IMG/VR virus record: IMGVR_UViG_3300006917_000001
Length of the DNA stretch: 31,891 nucleotides
Reading direction: 5' to 3' (one strand)
From: an uncultured virus (IMG/VR IMGVR_UViG_3300006917_000001)
Lineage: Duplodnaviria; Heunggongvirae; Uroviricota; Caudoviricetes
The notes beneath the pieces were generated by a model. It made no database searches, was not told the DNA's origin, and worked only from the letters and a program-made list of their open reading frames with translations. The stretch's first letter is position 1. Each line of letters begins with the position of its first letter. The translations under genes and the position numbers were made by a program. Below, piece by piece: positions 9,481-17,922 of this stretch.

Positions 9481-10094
9481 AGATCAGCAGCGGAAAGACT
9501 TTCTACAATTCGAGAGGCTTCCACCAATTTCGGTACCGGCCAGTCTTTAATCATTTCCGCAGTCATTTCTGGGTGTTCTCTGCGGACGGAGGACAGCGTA
9601 AATTCCACCATGCCTGAGATGGTGCCGGTCACCCACCACTGGTCATAGCGTATCTTCCCAACCTTGGGCCACACTCCCGTTAATTTGTGGGCATCTTCCA
9701 TCTTAAGGGTCCCAGCCTCCAAAGACAGGGATAGCATAGCACGGACCCCATTATCCTTTTCTGGCACCTCCCCGTAAATTTCCAAGAGCTTATTTCTAAG
9801 CTCAGGGGTTACTGGAATACCCTGAACCCCGTAGGAGGTCTTTTGGGGCAGCTCTGTAACCGTCCAACGAGCCACCTCCTCAAACTTGGAGCGTAGAATT
9901 GCCTCCCGATCACCAGGAGGCAGAAGATCTAAGTTTCTGGAGTAACTTTCCAAAAAATCTCGTTTGTATTCGTGGAGGGCACTCCGCTCCAACTCACACA
10001 ACAACCGCACCACGACGGGTCGTAACGTGTAAGTTTTTCCATTCACCTCAATCTTCTGTCCAGCACCTAAGACACGAGCCTCTGTGTCACTCAC
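9468..10094 (-). CDS. Tail assembly chaperone (lambda gpG analogue)
   Basis: Lies between tail tube and tape measure. N-terminal KIEVNGKTYTLRP, GTG start with AGGAG Shine-Dalgarno, slippery site at the 3' end. Confidence 0.85.
   Translation of the reverse strand: MSDTEARVLGAGQKIEVNGKTYTLRPVVVRLLCELERSALHEYKRDFLESYSRNLDLLPPGDREAILRSKFEEVARWTVTELPQKTSYGVQGIPVTPELRNKLLEIYGEVPEKDNGVRAMLSLSLEAGTLKMEDAHKLTGVWPKVGKIRYDQWWVTGTISGMVEFTLSSVRREHPEMTAEMIKDWPVPKLVEASRIVESLSAADLGNM
9474..9480 (-). other. Programmed -1 ribosomal frameshift slippery heptamer G GGA AAT
   Basis: Minus strand CTG GGA AAT ATG TAG at the end of the chaperone ORF. X XXY YYZ pattern in the correct phase, like lambda G GGA AAG. 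Confidence 0.88.
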
Positions 10095-10128
10095 AATTGG
10101 TTCTCCTAAAATTTTCTACCTACCTAAC

Positions 10129-10168
10129 AAAAACCACTCCACCCCCGAAAGGAAGATGGAGTGGTTTT
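10129..10168 (-). terminator. Rho-independent terminator after the tail tube gene
   Basis: Minus strand ACCACTCCATCTTCC-TTTC-GGGGGTGGAGTGGT hairpin followed by a T run. Confidence 0.8.
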
Positions 10169-10198
10169 CTGTGACCCTAAGAAACAACCAACAGCAAA

Positions 10199-10630
10199 CT
10201 AAGCGGGAAGCGTTCGAGCTGTTGCCCCCGACTGACCCGGATAGTAGAAAATACCATCCGCACCCCAACCGGCAGTCCAACCAATCACGTCCTCTGTGTC
10301 AATGTTAATGACCATGGAAAAGTCATTACACAGAGCACGCGGAAAATCCCAGTAGAGGCTTGTGGCGTCCATCCACAACACCGCCACCACGGTATCCCCG
10401 GGCATAAACAGATCAAAAACCTCATCCGTGGTGTCATACTTTCCTTCCGAATTGAAAGTAGCATCCTTGCGACCCGCCGAACGATTCGTGTAACCACCGG
10501 AATCGCTGTCACCCCACTCGCTGGAGCTCGCCAGCTTGGGGTTTACCGACCATTGCGTTGCCCGGGCCACGAGTTCGTTGTCCACAACGAACTTTCCGTT
10601 TCGTCCCGTTAAGGTGTTGAGCGAAGACAT
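10199..10630 (-). CDS. Major tail tube protein
   Basis: 143 aa. LTGRNGKFVV...ATQWSVN...DSDSGGYTNRSAGRKDATFNSEGKYD...FSMVINIDTEDVIGWT is a siphovirus tube-like pattern. AGGAG Shine-Dalgarno, followed by a terminator and the chaperone. Confidence 0.85.
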   Translation of the reverse strand: MSSLNTLTGRNGKFVVDNELVARATQWSVNPKLASSSEWGDSDSGGYTNRSAGRKDATFNSEGKYDTTDEVFDLFMPGDTVVAVLWMDATSLYWDFPRALCNDFSMVINIDTEDVIGWTAGWGADGIFYYPGQSGATARTLPA

Positions 10631-10675
10631 TGTTTAGACTCCTATGCCGATCTAGTGGCGAAGTGGGTGTCAAAA

Positions 10676-11356
10676 TTAACTGGAGGAGCTGCTGGAGCTG
10701 GACGACGAAGAACTGGAGCTGTTGGAAGATGCACTGGAGCTGCTAGAGCTGGACGACGAAGAACTGGAAGAACTGGAGGAACTACTGGAAGATGTGTTGT
10801 CATCATGGCGAGCCATGATGTAAATGGAGTAAGTAACCGCCCCACCATTGGCGGTGAGTTTAATTCGGTGGCTAGAGGCGTCCGCCACATCAAAGCCCTG
10901 TTCTGCAATCTGAGCCTTACAGAACATGCCCTGCCCACGAAGCCCACCACCCGTAGCAGAAGTATGGGAACCAAGGGGAGTCCAACCGTTGGTCGGGTCA
11001 GGAATAAACTCCAAAATCCCCGCGTCCCCTACAGCGTTTTCGTTTACGATGGCGATCGCCACAATTTCTTCGTAGGCGACTGCCTGACCAACCCCATCCA
11101 GCCCGGAGCCGGCTCCAATATCGGTACCAGCCATATCGTAGAGGTCCAAAACCTCACTGGCCCCAGAACTAAGAGATCGGTCCGTGGATTGCCACCCACG
11201 ATTAGCCTGATTTGCATCGGCCCCACTGGTGAGCGTAGGACGGTAATTGAGGCTGGGATGGGGAGCAACAACGGCATTCCCATCCGTTAGAGTATTGGTG
11301 TTCTTACCAACCAGTTTCAGCTGAATGGTAATGTCACTTAAAGATTGGGTTGCCAC
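10676..11356 (-). CDS. Putative tail-associated structural protein with 38-residue C-terminal poly-Ser tail; paralogue of the 888-aa protein N-domain
   Basis: Shares RGWQ..RSL.SGASEVLDLYD..G.DIGAG.G.DG.GQ.V.YEEIV and FDVADA..HR.KLTA..G..TYS.YIMARHDD with 4027..6693. Lies between tail terminator and tube. Confidence 0.75.
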   Translation of the reverse strand: MATQSLSDITIQLKLVGKNTNTLTDGNAVVAPHPSLNYRPTLTSGADANQANRGWQSTDRSLSSGASEVLDLYDMAGTDIGAGSGLDGVGQAVAYEEIVAIAIVNENAVGDAGILEFIPDPTNGWTPLGSHTSATGGGLRGQGMFCKAQIAEQGFDVADASSHRIKLTANGGAVTYSIYIMARHDDNTSSSSSSSSSSSSSSSSSSSSASSNSSSSSSSSSSSSSS

Positions 11357-11359
11357 GTC

Positions 11360-11869
11360 TTATCTCCTATGGGCTACTGGCACATCAATTAGAAACGAGT
11401 AGCTGATGGTTAATTGGTACTCATCGTCACCTACTCGGGTTCCAACCACACTGGTAAGAGTAGATAACAAAAAATTTCCGTAATCCAGGGTCGGCGATGT
11501 TGGAGGCGTTACCGGGTGACCCCCGAACACAGCCAAAATATCTTCCATGAGTTCATTGGCTATCTCCTTAGGAGACCGGGCATCCCCGTCTATTTTACGG
11601 GCGAGAACCTTGAACGACCACGGGACTCGCTGAACTTCCCAAATAGACTCCCGCGTTTTGGACATTCGGGAAACAACAATCCCAGGGGAACACTCAAACA
11701 CCACATAAGGAAACGGCTGCCCTGGAGCTGCTTCCGTTTCGTTTAACGCCATGAACTGGGTTATCTCAGTTGCCGTCCAAAACTGAGTAAAAGAATCATC
11801 CAAATCAGAAGAATCCCAAAGAGCCCGAACAGCTTTATGCAGACCCATAATAGATGCGATGGAGGTCAT
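11360..11869 (-). CDS. Tail terminator / tail completion protein
   Basis: 169 aa. LHKAVRALW...APGQPFPYVVF...ANELMEDILAVF...YQLTISYSFLI matches the tail terminator pattern and position. Confidence 0.75.
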   Translation of the reverse strand: MTSIASIMGLHKAVRALWDSSDLDDSFTQFWTATEITQFMALNETEAAPGQPFPYVVFECSPGIVVSRMSKTRESIWEVQRVPWSFKVLARKIDGDARSPKEIANELMEDILAVFGGHPVTPPTSPTLDYGNFLLSTLTSVVGTRVGDDEYQLTISYSFLIDVPVAHRR

Positions 11870-12423
11870 TGCTGCGAGCCTTTAGTGATGATTTGTGTGA
11901 CCGTTGCAGCCTCTTTGTTTAAGGTTCTTACAAGAAAACTGCGATCCAACTCTTCGCTTATTTCCAAAATGAGGCCGTAATCTAGAGCAGTTCCAACTTT
12001 AGCTTCAAACGAGCCGGGTCCCACCTCTTTTACATCGTAGAAGATGCTTTTCATTAAGAGGGTTGTATCTGCCCTCGGAAATTCCCCAGGCTTTGAGCGG
12101 GACTTGGGGTCTACCTTTACCCGATAGGTTAATTTCAGCCGCTCCTGCCCGTCTTTTCCTTTCACCACCTTAAGTTTCTTGGTTACAATTTTTTCCACTG
12201 GAGTGGAAAGATTGCGAACTACTTGATCCCGAAGATAATTAGCGGCCAAGGTGACCCGTTGTTGGAGGGTCAACTTGACCGCTTTATTTGCTTTTTTGAG
12301 AAAACTGATAACCCGGATTTGCCGGCGATCTGCTTGAGCTACCCGACGTTTCCTGGCGTTATCCACAGCCAGTTTACGGCGAACAGCTTTTGCATCAACA
12401 TCTAACGGCAAACCATCGGCCAA
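11866..12423 (-). CDS. HK97 gp10-like tail completion (neck) protein
   Basis: Basic 185 aa with SKPGEFPRADTTLLMKSI...AKVGTALDYGLILE...RSFLVRTL, the gp10-family P..DTG.L..SI / VGT...Y...LE / R.FL pattern. Confidence 0.8.
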   Translation of the reverse strand: MADGLPLDVDAKAVRRKLAVDNARKRRVAQADRRQIRVISFLKKANKAVKLTLQQRVTLAANYLRDQVVRNLSTPVEKIVTKKLKVVKGKDGQERLKLTYRVKVDPKSRSKPGEFPRADTTLLMKSIFYDVKEVGPGSFEAKVGTALDYGLILEISEELDRSFLVRTLNKEAATVTQIITKGSQQ

Positions 12424-12426
12424 GGG

Positions 12427-13059
12427 TTAGCCTCCCATGTGAGTCAATTTCTCGACCCAACCCGCCCAATCTTTTTCGTAAATGGGTTGCGTGTTGGCAA
12501 CCGTGGAGCCTGGATTGAGCAGATAGAACCCGGGCATGGCATCCACTTCATCCAGTAGAGGCTCTTCCCCTTGCACCATGCGAACTGCCTTTTCATTCAG
12601 CAGCCACACCACCTCTCGGCAGAGGGTTTTCATGCGGTGGATATCCAGCTTGCCCTCAACAGAGGGAACCCCCTTAAGCTTATCAATGGCCATCCCGGTC
12701 TCGTTCAGCCGTCGCCGAATACGCTCGCACAGTTCGGCTCCCTCCGGGCTGTCCAAGGGGTCTTCAATTCTGTAGGTGCAATTTTTTGGATGGACGTGTA
12801 AACGCATCCCAGGGATTGGAGGCATGGCCCCCAAGTGCCGGGCTTGGTCCACCGGAATCTTGGGTTCTCCAGTGTGTTGGTCCAAAACCACCCGGCTCGC
12901 AGAAATGGCCGATCGTAGACGAGCCCCAGGAATACCCTGAAGCAGCAAATCGCAATTTCTGGGGTGATCGGCCTCCACAGTAAATGGACCCACCAATACT
13001 GTCGCTGGCTTCTTGCCACCACCACGTTGTTCCTGAACTACCGTAGTTTCTTCAGACAT
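12427..13059 (-). CDS. Hypothetical protein immediately after the capsid gene
   Basis: Start more likely ATG 13059 (MSEETTV, preceded by GAAAGG) than 13101, which overlaps the terminator. No recognisable motif. Confidence 0.7.
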   Translation of the reverse strand: MSEETTVVQEQRGGGKKPATVLVGPFTVEADHPRNCDLLLQGIPGARLRSAISASRVVLDQHTGEPKIPVDQARHLGAMPPIPGMRLHVHPKNCTYRIEDPLDSPEGAELCERIRRRLNETGMAIDKLKGVPSVEGKLDIHRMKTLCREVVWLLNEKAVRMVQGEEPLLDEVDAMPGFYLLNPGSTVANTQPIYEKDWAGWVEKLTHMGG

Positions 13060-13092
13060 TGCAAACCTTTCAGTTCTTCTGGTTCTTCTATA

Positions 13093-13137
13093 CAAAAACA
13101 CCCTCTCCCGGCCGAAGAACCAAAAGCCGGGAGAGGG
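13093..13137 (-). terminator. Rho-independent terminator after the major capsid gene
   Basis: 12-bp perfect stem CCCTCTCCCGGC / GCCGGGAGAGGG followed by TGTTTTTG on the minus strand. Confidence 0.85.
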
Positions 13138-13191
13138 GTTGCATGGCGGAGGGAGGTAGGTGGGTCAACCTCCGCCAAAGGATCACAGCAC

Positions 13192-14814
13192 TTAGGCAGG
13201 AGCCGTCGTGGTGATAGCAGCACAGCCACCACGCTCCAGCTGACCACCGTAACGAGCAGTCACGGTCATCAGCATCTCATTCGCCCGAATCAGCGTATCC
13301 CCTTCCGTGGATGTCCGCATGGTCAAACCACGTCGCCGATACATCCGGTACCGACCCAGGATGGCGTAGAAGATTTGAGCGTTGGACAGGCTGGAGTTGA
13401 TTTTGTAGGGACGCTCCATCCAAGTGTAGTCGGAGTAGCCATAAGGGCCATTTCCAACCATATACCCAGACAGCCGACGAGCATCCGAAGCTCCAACCGG
13501 GATGGCTTTCGCCCGCATATAGGACGTTTCCGTTCCGCAAAAAACGGCAGTCCCCGCCACGTTCGGGCGATGCTCTTGCTTCGCCACACCAAACCGCAAC
13601 GACTCATAAGCCCCAATCGTGGTCGAACCACCAAAGGAAACTGAGGTCGTGCCGGACTTGTTGATAATGCCTTCGGGTTGCGTCGTGCCGTTCCCCGTGG
13701 CAATCACATCGTCCAGATCTTTCAGCAGCCGCTCCCCATATTGGGCGGAAACGTGAGCACCGAAATCAATCGGGGTGTCGCTCAAGAAATCCAAACCAAT
13801 ACGGATGGCGCCTTGCCACCGGAAGATCGTGGTGTCGAAAGCACTCACGTAAGAAGCAGTGTTGAACAGCGAAATCGCCGTATCATCCACACCACCCCAC
13901 GAGCCTGTGACCGTGCCCGTGGAAACCCCTTCCACTCGGCGTCCACGTTCCAGAGGAACCGTGTTTACCAAGGGGAACAGTTCGCCATTCAGCAGCGGAG
14001 TCTGGATCACCATGTCATCAAAGACAATGGGAGCAGCCTCCAAACCACCCGAAGTAGCATCGTCAATCAAAGCCTTGCGTTCCAGGTCACTGAGGCGACG
14101 GCGATTGATATCCCCGTAATCCCCACCATCCGAAGAACCGCCCCACTCCATTTCGTGCATGGCATACTGAAGCAGCTCACGATCATGCTGGTTCAGGGCT
14201 TGGTAGCCAAACGTCTTGCTGTTCCCACGTTGAGCCGTGGCAACCAGAAACTTGGAGTAAGCCCCCGCAACAGCCTTGTCCAGCTCCGAGGGGTTATCCA
14301 AAATGCGACCACGTTCGGCGAAATCCGTTACGGGCCGACCGGCCAGAGGGTGGCTTCGACCCGTCTTGGTGTGAGTGGGGTAGGTGAGAGTGCTCTTGGT
14401 CGTGGAATACTGCGACCAAGCCCCCTTGACCTCCACAACACCATTGCCTTCCACGCCATCCGTGCCGTAAGAAGTAGACACCATTTTGGAAAACCAACCG
14501 GGTTGATCGCCGGCAGCCTTCAAACGCAGAGGTTCCACCTCTTTTTCTTTCTTCTCTTCCTGCTTCTGCTCACCACTCTTGGAGGCCAGCATTTCCGTCA
14601 ACTTGGTGAGGCTGTTGCCCAATGTGGACAACTGCTGTTCCAGTTGAGTGGCTTGCCGGTCATCGGCCTTGGTGAGTTCCATAAACTTCGTGGTAGACAG
14701 GTCGCCATTCGCCAACGCGATTCCGGCGGCCTTGCGGAAGTCTTCGTCGCTGGCATCAGCTTTGACACCAGCGTTCTCGGACAACCACTTCTTCAATTGA
14801 GCCGTCAGTTTCAT
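13192..14814 (-). CDS. Major capsid protein, HK97 fold, with long N-terminal delta (scaffold) domain
   Basis: RKALIDDATSGGLEAAP typical mature-capsid start; FLSDTPIDF; DDVIATGNGTTQPEGII; ARYGGQL near the C-terminus. GGAG Shine-Dalgarno, directly after the protease, followed by a terminator. Confidence 0.95.
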   Translation of the reverse strand: MKLTAQLKKWLSENAGVKADASDEDFRKAAGIALANGDLSTTKFMELTKADDRQATQLEQQLSTLGNSLTKLTEMLASKSGEQKQEEKKEKEVEPLRLKAAGDQPGWFSKMVSTSYGTDGVEGNGVVEVKGAWSQYSTTKSTLTYPTHTKTGRSHPLAGRPVTDFAERGRILDNPSELDKAVAGAYSKFLVATAQRGNSKTFGYQALNQHDRELLQYAMHEMEWGGSSDGGDYGDINRRRLSDLERKALIDDATSGGLEAAPIVFDDMVIQTPLLNGELFPLVNTVPLERGRRVEGVSTGTVTGSWGGVDDTAISLFNTASYVSAFDTTIFRWQGAIRIGLDFLSDTPIDFGAHVSAQYGERLLKDLDDVIATGNGTTQPEGIINKSGTTSVSFGGSTTIGAYESLRFGVAKQEHRPNVAGTAVFCGTETSYMRAKAIPVGASDARRLSGYMVGNGPYGYSDYTWMERPYKINSSLSNAQIFYAILGRYRMYRRRGLTMRTSTEGDTLIRANEMLMTVTARYGGQLERGGCAAITTTAPA

Positions 14815-14891
14815 AGTAACTCCAATTTCTTTCTGACGGTTGCGATACAGTACATTCCGACCGCCGGAATGTAACTACTCATCAGGGCGGA

Positions 14892-16496
14892 CTAGCCGCC
14901 CATAAGATTCTCAAACATCTCCACTCGTCGGTAGCCTTCGTCTACCTGATCAAACGAGTCCAAAAACTCTTTCATTTTCTTACGTTCTTCTTGGGTACAC
15001 GAGGCCAAGAACACAGCCATCGCTTCCGTGGCACCCATTTGTTTTTCTTGTGGATTAGCTCCAGCCTCCATGGCAGTAGAAGCCACCGCATCCAAGACTT
15101 CTTGGAGTTTGTTGGAAGCCACCTTGCATAGAGCCTTGCAAGCCCTGGACACATCTTCCATTCCAATCACTTCATCCATGTTGTCCTTGGCTTCCCGAAT
15201 CTTGCTTTCGTTGTCCGCACTAATTGTACGACCAACCTTGGCAGCCTTTTCTTCTTCTTTGTCTTCCTCCGTGTAACCACACTCCTCACAGACACCGTCT
15301 TCCATCTCACCACCACACTCCGGGCAAGCTCCCTCTTGCTCGTCTGCCTCCTCTTCATCGGAATCCATAGGAGGCTCTTTTTTCTTTACTTCTTCGTTGT
15401 CGGTTGCTTTCCCTTCTTGTCCCCACTCTTGGTCTTGTTGGGGGTCGTCATGGGCTTCTTCTGATGCGCAGGAGCACTCTTTTTTCCCGGAGCCATCGCT
15501 TTCTCCATTTAACTGAATGTTCAAATCAATCGTAACCGGAACACGCACCGGCTGCTTCTCTCGAATTGCCTTTCCGTAGGCTTTCATAAGGGGACTGGTA
15601 AGCTTACGACCTTCCACCAAGCTCAACAGAATATCCTCCGTTTCAGCGTCCACATTAGAGGGCACCGAAACCAAACTGGCCTCCATGATTTCAAACGAAG
15701 TAACATCAAACCCGGTCACCTTGCCCTTGGAGGTTTTAATTTCTTCAAACTCCAAAGCCTTAAATCCATGGCTAAATCGACCCATCTTGTTGTCGATCAT
15801 CACGGCCGAATCGTGAGCCAACGGGTTAATATCCACCACGGCAGAAAACATTTTTAAGTGGGTGTCCGTATGGTCAGCCACCGCCAACTGTTTTCCAATG
15901 GGGAGAGTATGGACATGTTGCCACAGCAACAGCATTTTGGGGTCTGGCTTGGCCCCCTTGGTTCGCAGAATATCCCCATCACGGTCTTTACGGGTAGAGG
16001 TGAGGGTATGCTTGAACAGCATCAGCGTGTTTTTGGGGAGCTCCACTCCTCGCAAGGCTTCCTCTTTTTTAGCCTTGGAGTAAATATCCTCCAACACCAT
16101 CTCTTGGTTAGAGTAGGTTAGAGACCGGGCCGATTTTTCCAAAAGATCGTGGAGCGAAGTAGAGCGAGTCGCCATTTGGCGATAGCACAAATCCGAACCA
16201 ACACAATCCAGCACATTGCGGACAAACCGATCCGCTGTCATGATGCCGTAATCAAAAGGCTCCGGGCTTCCGCCCTTACGAGAACGAACAGCTCGCAGGA
16301 GCTTGAACTGGGCAGAAGACACGTGTTTTGTTACAGCTTTTGTGGTCATTGATTCGGCTTCCTTTTTCCAAGCAGCATAACAAACGGCTGCCCGTTGAGT
16401 TGAATCAGTGTATTCCCGTTGCATCACATCGTCGGACATACAACGAGTGATAAAAGATTGTTCCTGCTCCCCAGAACGTGGAGATGGAATTGGCAC
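14892..16496 (-). CDS. HK97-family prohead protease with N-terminal extension, CxxC-CxxC finger and C-terminal scaffold-like region
   Basis: KDRDGDIL, LLWQH (catalytic His), PIGK, FSHGF (catalytic Ser) and EASLVSVPSN motifs. CPECGG...CEECG in an acidic linker. Confidence 0.92.
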   Translation of the reverse strand: MPIPSPRSGEQEQSFITRCMSDDVMQREYTDSTQRAAVCYAAWKKEAESMTTKAVTKHVSSAQFKLLRAVRSRKGGSPEPFDYGIMTADRFVRNVLDCVGSDLCYRQMATRSTSLHDLLEKSARSLTYSNQEMVLEDIYSKAKKEEALRGVELPKNTLMLFKHTLTSTRKDRDGDILRTKGAKPDPKMLLLWQHVHTLPIGKQLAVADHTDTHLKMFSAVVDINPLAHDSAVMIDNKMGRFSHGFKALEFEEIKTSKGKVTGFDVTSFEIMEASLVSVPSNVDAETEDILLSLVEGRKLTSPLMKAYGKAIREKQPVRVPVTIDLNIQLNGESDGSGKKECSCASEEAHDDPQQDQEWGQEGKATDNEEVKKKEPPMDSDEEEADEQEGACPECGGEMEDGVCEECGYTEEDKEEEKAAKVGRTISADNESKIREAKDNMDEVIGMEDVSRACKALCKVASNKLQEVLDAVASTAMEAGANPQEKQMGATEAMAVFLASCTQEERKKMKEFLDSFDQVDEGYRRVEMFENLMGG

Positions 16497-16498
16497 AG

Positions 16499-16783
16499 TT
16501 AGATATCCCGTCCGGCGAGGTAGTGCAAATTGAGGTAACCGTCCGAACTCTCCCGTGTAAACTTGATTCGCCGAATGTCATCAATGGTAAAGAGCTTGGG
16601 TTCGTGAGTAGTCAACAACGCCATTCCAGCGGTTGTGGAGGGATTAGTGGTCCCATCCATTGTGTAACGGACGTTGTTTGTGGAAGCCTGGATTTCGCAA
16701 TGAGTGGCTTTCGCGGGAACCACCAACTCATTTACTGTCTTGATTTGATTGTTTACCGTGACCTGCTGATAGCTCAAATACAT
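16499..16783 (-). CDS. Small beta-rich protein, possible capsid decoration protein
   Basis: Likely start ATG 16783 (MYLSYQQ), 2 nt after the upstream stop. VRYTMDGTTNPSTTAGMAL beta-sandwich-like pattern, adjacent to the protease. Confidence 0.55.
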   Translation of the reverse strand: MYLSYQQVTVNNQIKTVNELVVPAKATHCEIQASTNNVRYTMDGTTNPSTTAGMALLTTHEPKLFTIDDIRRIKFTRESSDGYLNLHYLAGRDI

Positions 16784-16784
16784 T

Positions 16785-17099
16785 CTACATCCCCAACCGA
16801 AGAGTGGCCAAATGTTCCAGAAAAAGAATTTGGCGGATGCACGGCTCTTGAGCGGCATCCACCCCATTCTCTACAGTAATCTTTTCGGTCCACTCCAGAA
16901 AGCTTCGAATGTCTACTTGATCACTCCCGTCCGAGGGAGCCGGAAGCCCCCCCGGACCAGGAGTTCGCACTGGGTCCACAGTAAATCGTTGCAGAACCTC
17001 AGCACAAATGGCGTGAATTGTTTGTGCGTGATTCCAAGAACCACGCAACACCCATCGGCACACATTGTGAAACTGATTATCTGGCAAAGGTAATACCAT
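16785..17099 (-). CDS. Hypothetical protein (104 aa)
   Basis: Fits the operon packing, with GGTGGG Shine-Dalgarno-like sequence upstream. No recognisable motif. Confidence 0.6.
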   Translation of the reverse strand: MVLPLPDNQFHNVCRWVLRGSWNHAQTIHAICAEVLQRFTVDPVRTPGPGGLPAPSDGSDQVDIRSFLEWTEKITVENGVDAAQEPCIRQILFLEHLATLRLGM

Positions 17100-17121
17100 C
17101 GACCCACCTACGGTTAATCAA

Positions 17122-17559
17122 CTAGCTACTGCTGGAGCTGTTGGAGCTGGAGCTGCTGGACGACGACGAACTGTTGGAGCTAGAGCTATGCGACGACGAA
17201 CTGCTGGAGCTGTTGGAGCTCGAACTGGAGCTGCTGGAGCTGCTGGATTCGTCTTCCATGCTAAGAATTTGCAGCCGGTCCCCTGTCTTGGGTCCAGGGA
17301 ACTGCAAAGCCCCCGTATGGAAGTTTAGAACATCGGGGTCACTCACTTCGCCCGTAGTTCGGGTATCCACCAACTTCGCTTGCCAGAGCTGATTGTCTGC
17401 CAGAGCCACCGTGACGTTCGTCGTGGTACTGCCCACGTCCGAATTATACGTGGCAGCCGGAGCCGAATCATCTCCCGCTTTCATCATGCGGGTAATCGTG
17501 AGTTGCCGGGCCGAAAGATTTACAGCCGGGCCGAGATAGAACGTAACATTCTTTGGCAT
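17122..17559 (-). CDS. Ig/FN3-like beta-sandwich protein with 41-residue C-terminal poly-Ser tail (possible head accessory protein)
   Basis: 104-aa beta-rich domain ending LSMEDE, then poly-Ser (17125..17247). GGGAG Shine-Dalgarno. The fold call is an impression only. Confidence 0.65.
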   Translation of the reverse strand: MPKNVTFYLGPAVNLSARQLTITRMMKAGDDSAPAATYNSDVGSTTTNVTVALADNQLWQAKLVDTRTTGEVSDPDVLNFHTGALQFPGPKTGDRLQILSMEDESSSSSSSSSSSNSSSSSSSHSSSSNSSSSSSSSSSNSSSSS

Positions 17560-17679
17560 GGACCAAACTCCCAGATCCTCAGAGGGGGAAATTGTAAGCG
17601 AAAGTAACCGCCGAGGCTTCTGGGCTTAGACGGGCATTCCTTATAACCTAATCCAACCACGGCAGAACAAAAACACGAC

Positions 17680-17922
17680 TCAGGCTCTATTTTTTGTTTT
17701 CTGGTCCACTCTTTTTTCCACACCCGCCGGACGGCTTATCACGTCTTGGTAAAACCGGGCATGAAGGAGCTGACTGGCATTCCCATGGACTTCTAGCCTC
17801 AGCGTAAAATCATCCCCACCAGCCATCAGGTCGGCAAAGGCTTGGTTGAACCCCCGTAAGGTTTTCAAAAATAACTCCAAAGACCGATCGTCCTCAATAA
17901 TTCTGCGGTAATCTTCAGCCAT
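17680..17922 (-). CDS. Hypothetical protein (80 aa)
   Basis: Overlaps the upstream gene by 8 nt, operon-like packing. Confidence 0.65.
   Translation of the reverse strand: MAEDYRRIIEDDRSLELFLKTLRGFNQAFADLMAGGDDFTLRLEVHGNASQLLHARFYQDVISRPAGVEKRVDQKTKNRA

Noticed and set aside
6136..11356. Possible diversity-generating retroelement template/variable repeat pair
   Set aside because: No reverse transcriptase in the window, differences are not confined to adenines, and both copies are N-terminal coding domains.
13678..14874. Long + strand ORFs (398 aa here; also 24336..25220 and 28399..29484)
   Set aside because: Antisense to well-supported capsid, portal and beta-helix genes, with no recognisable motifs.
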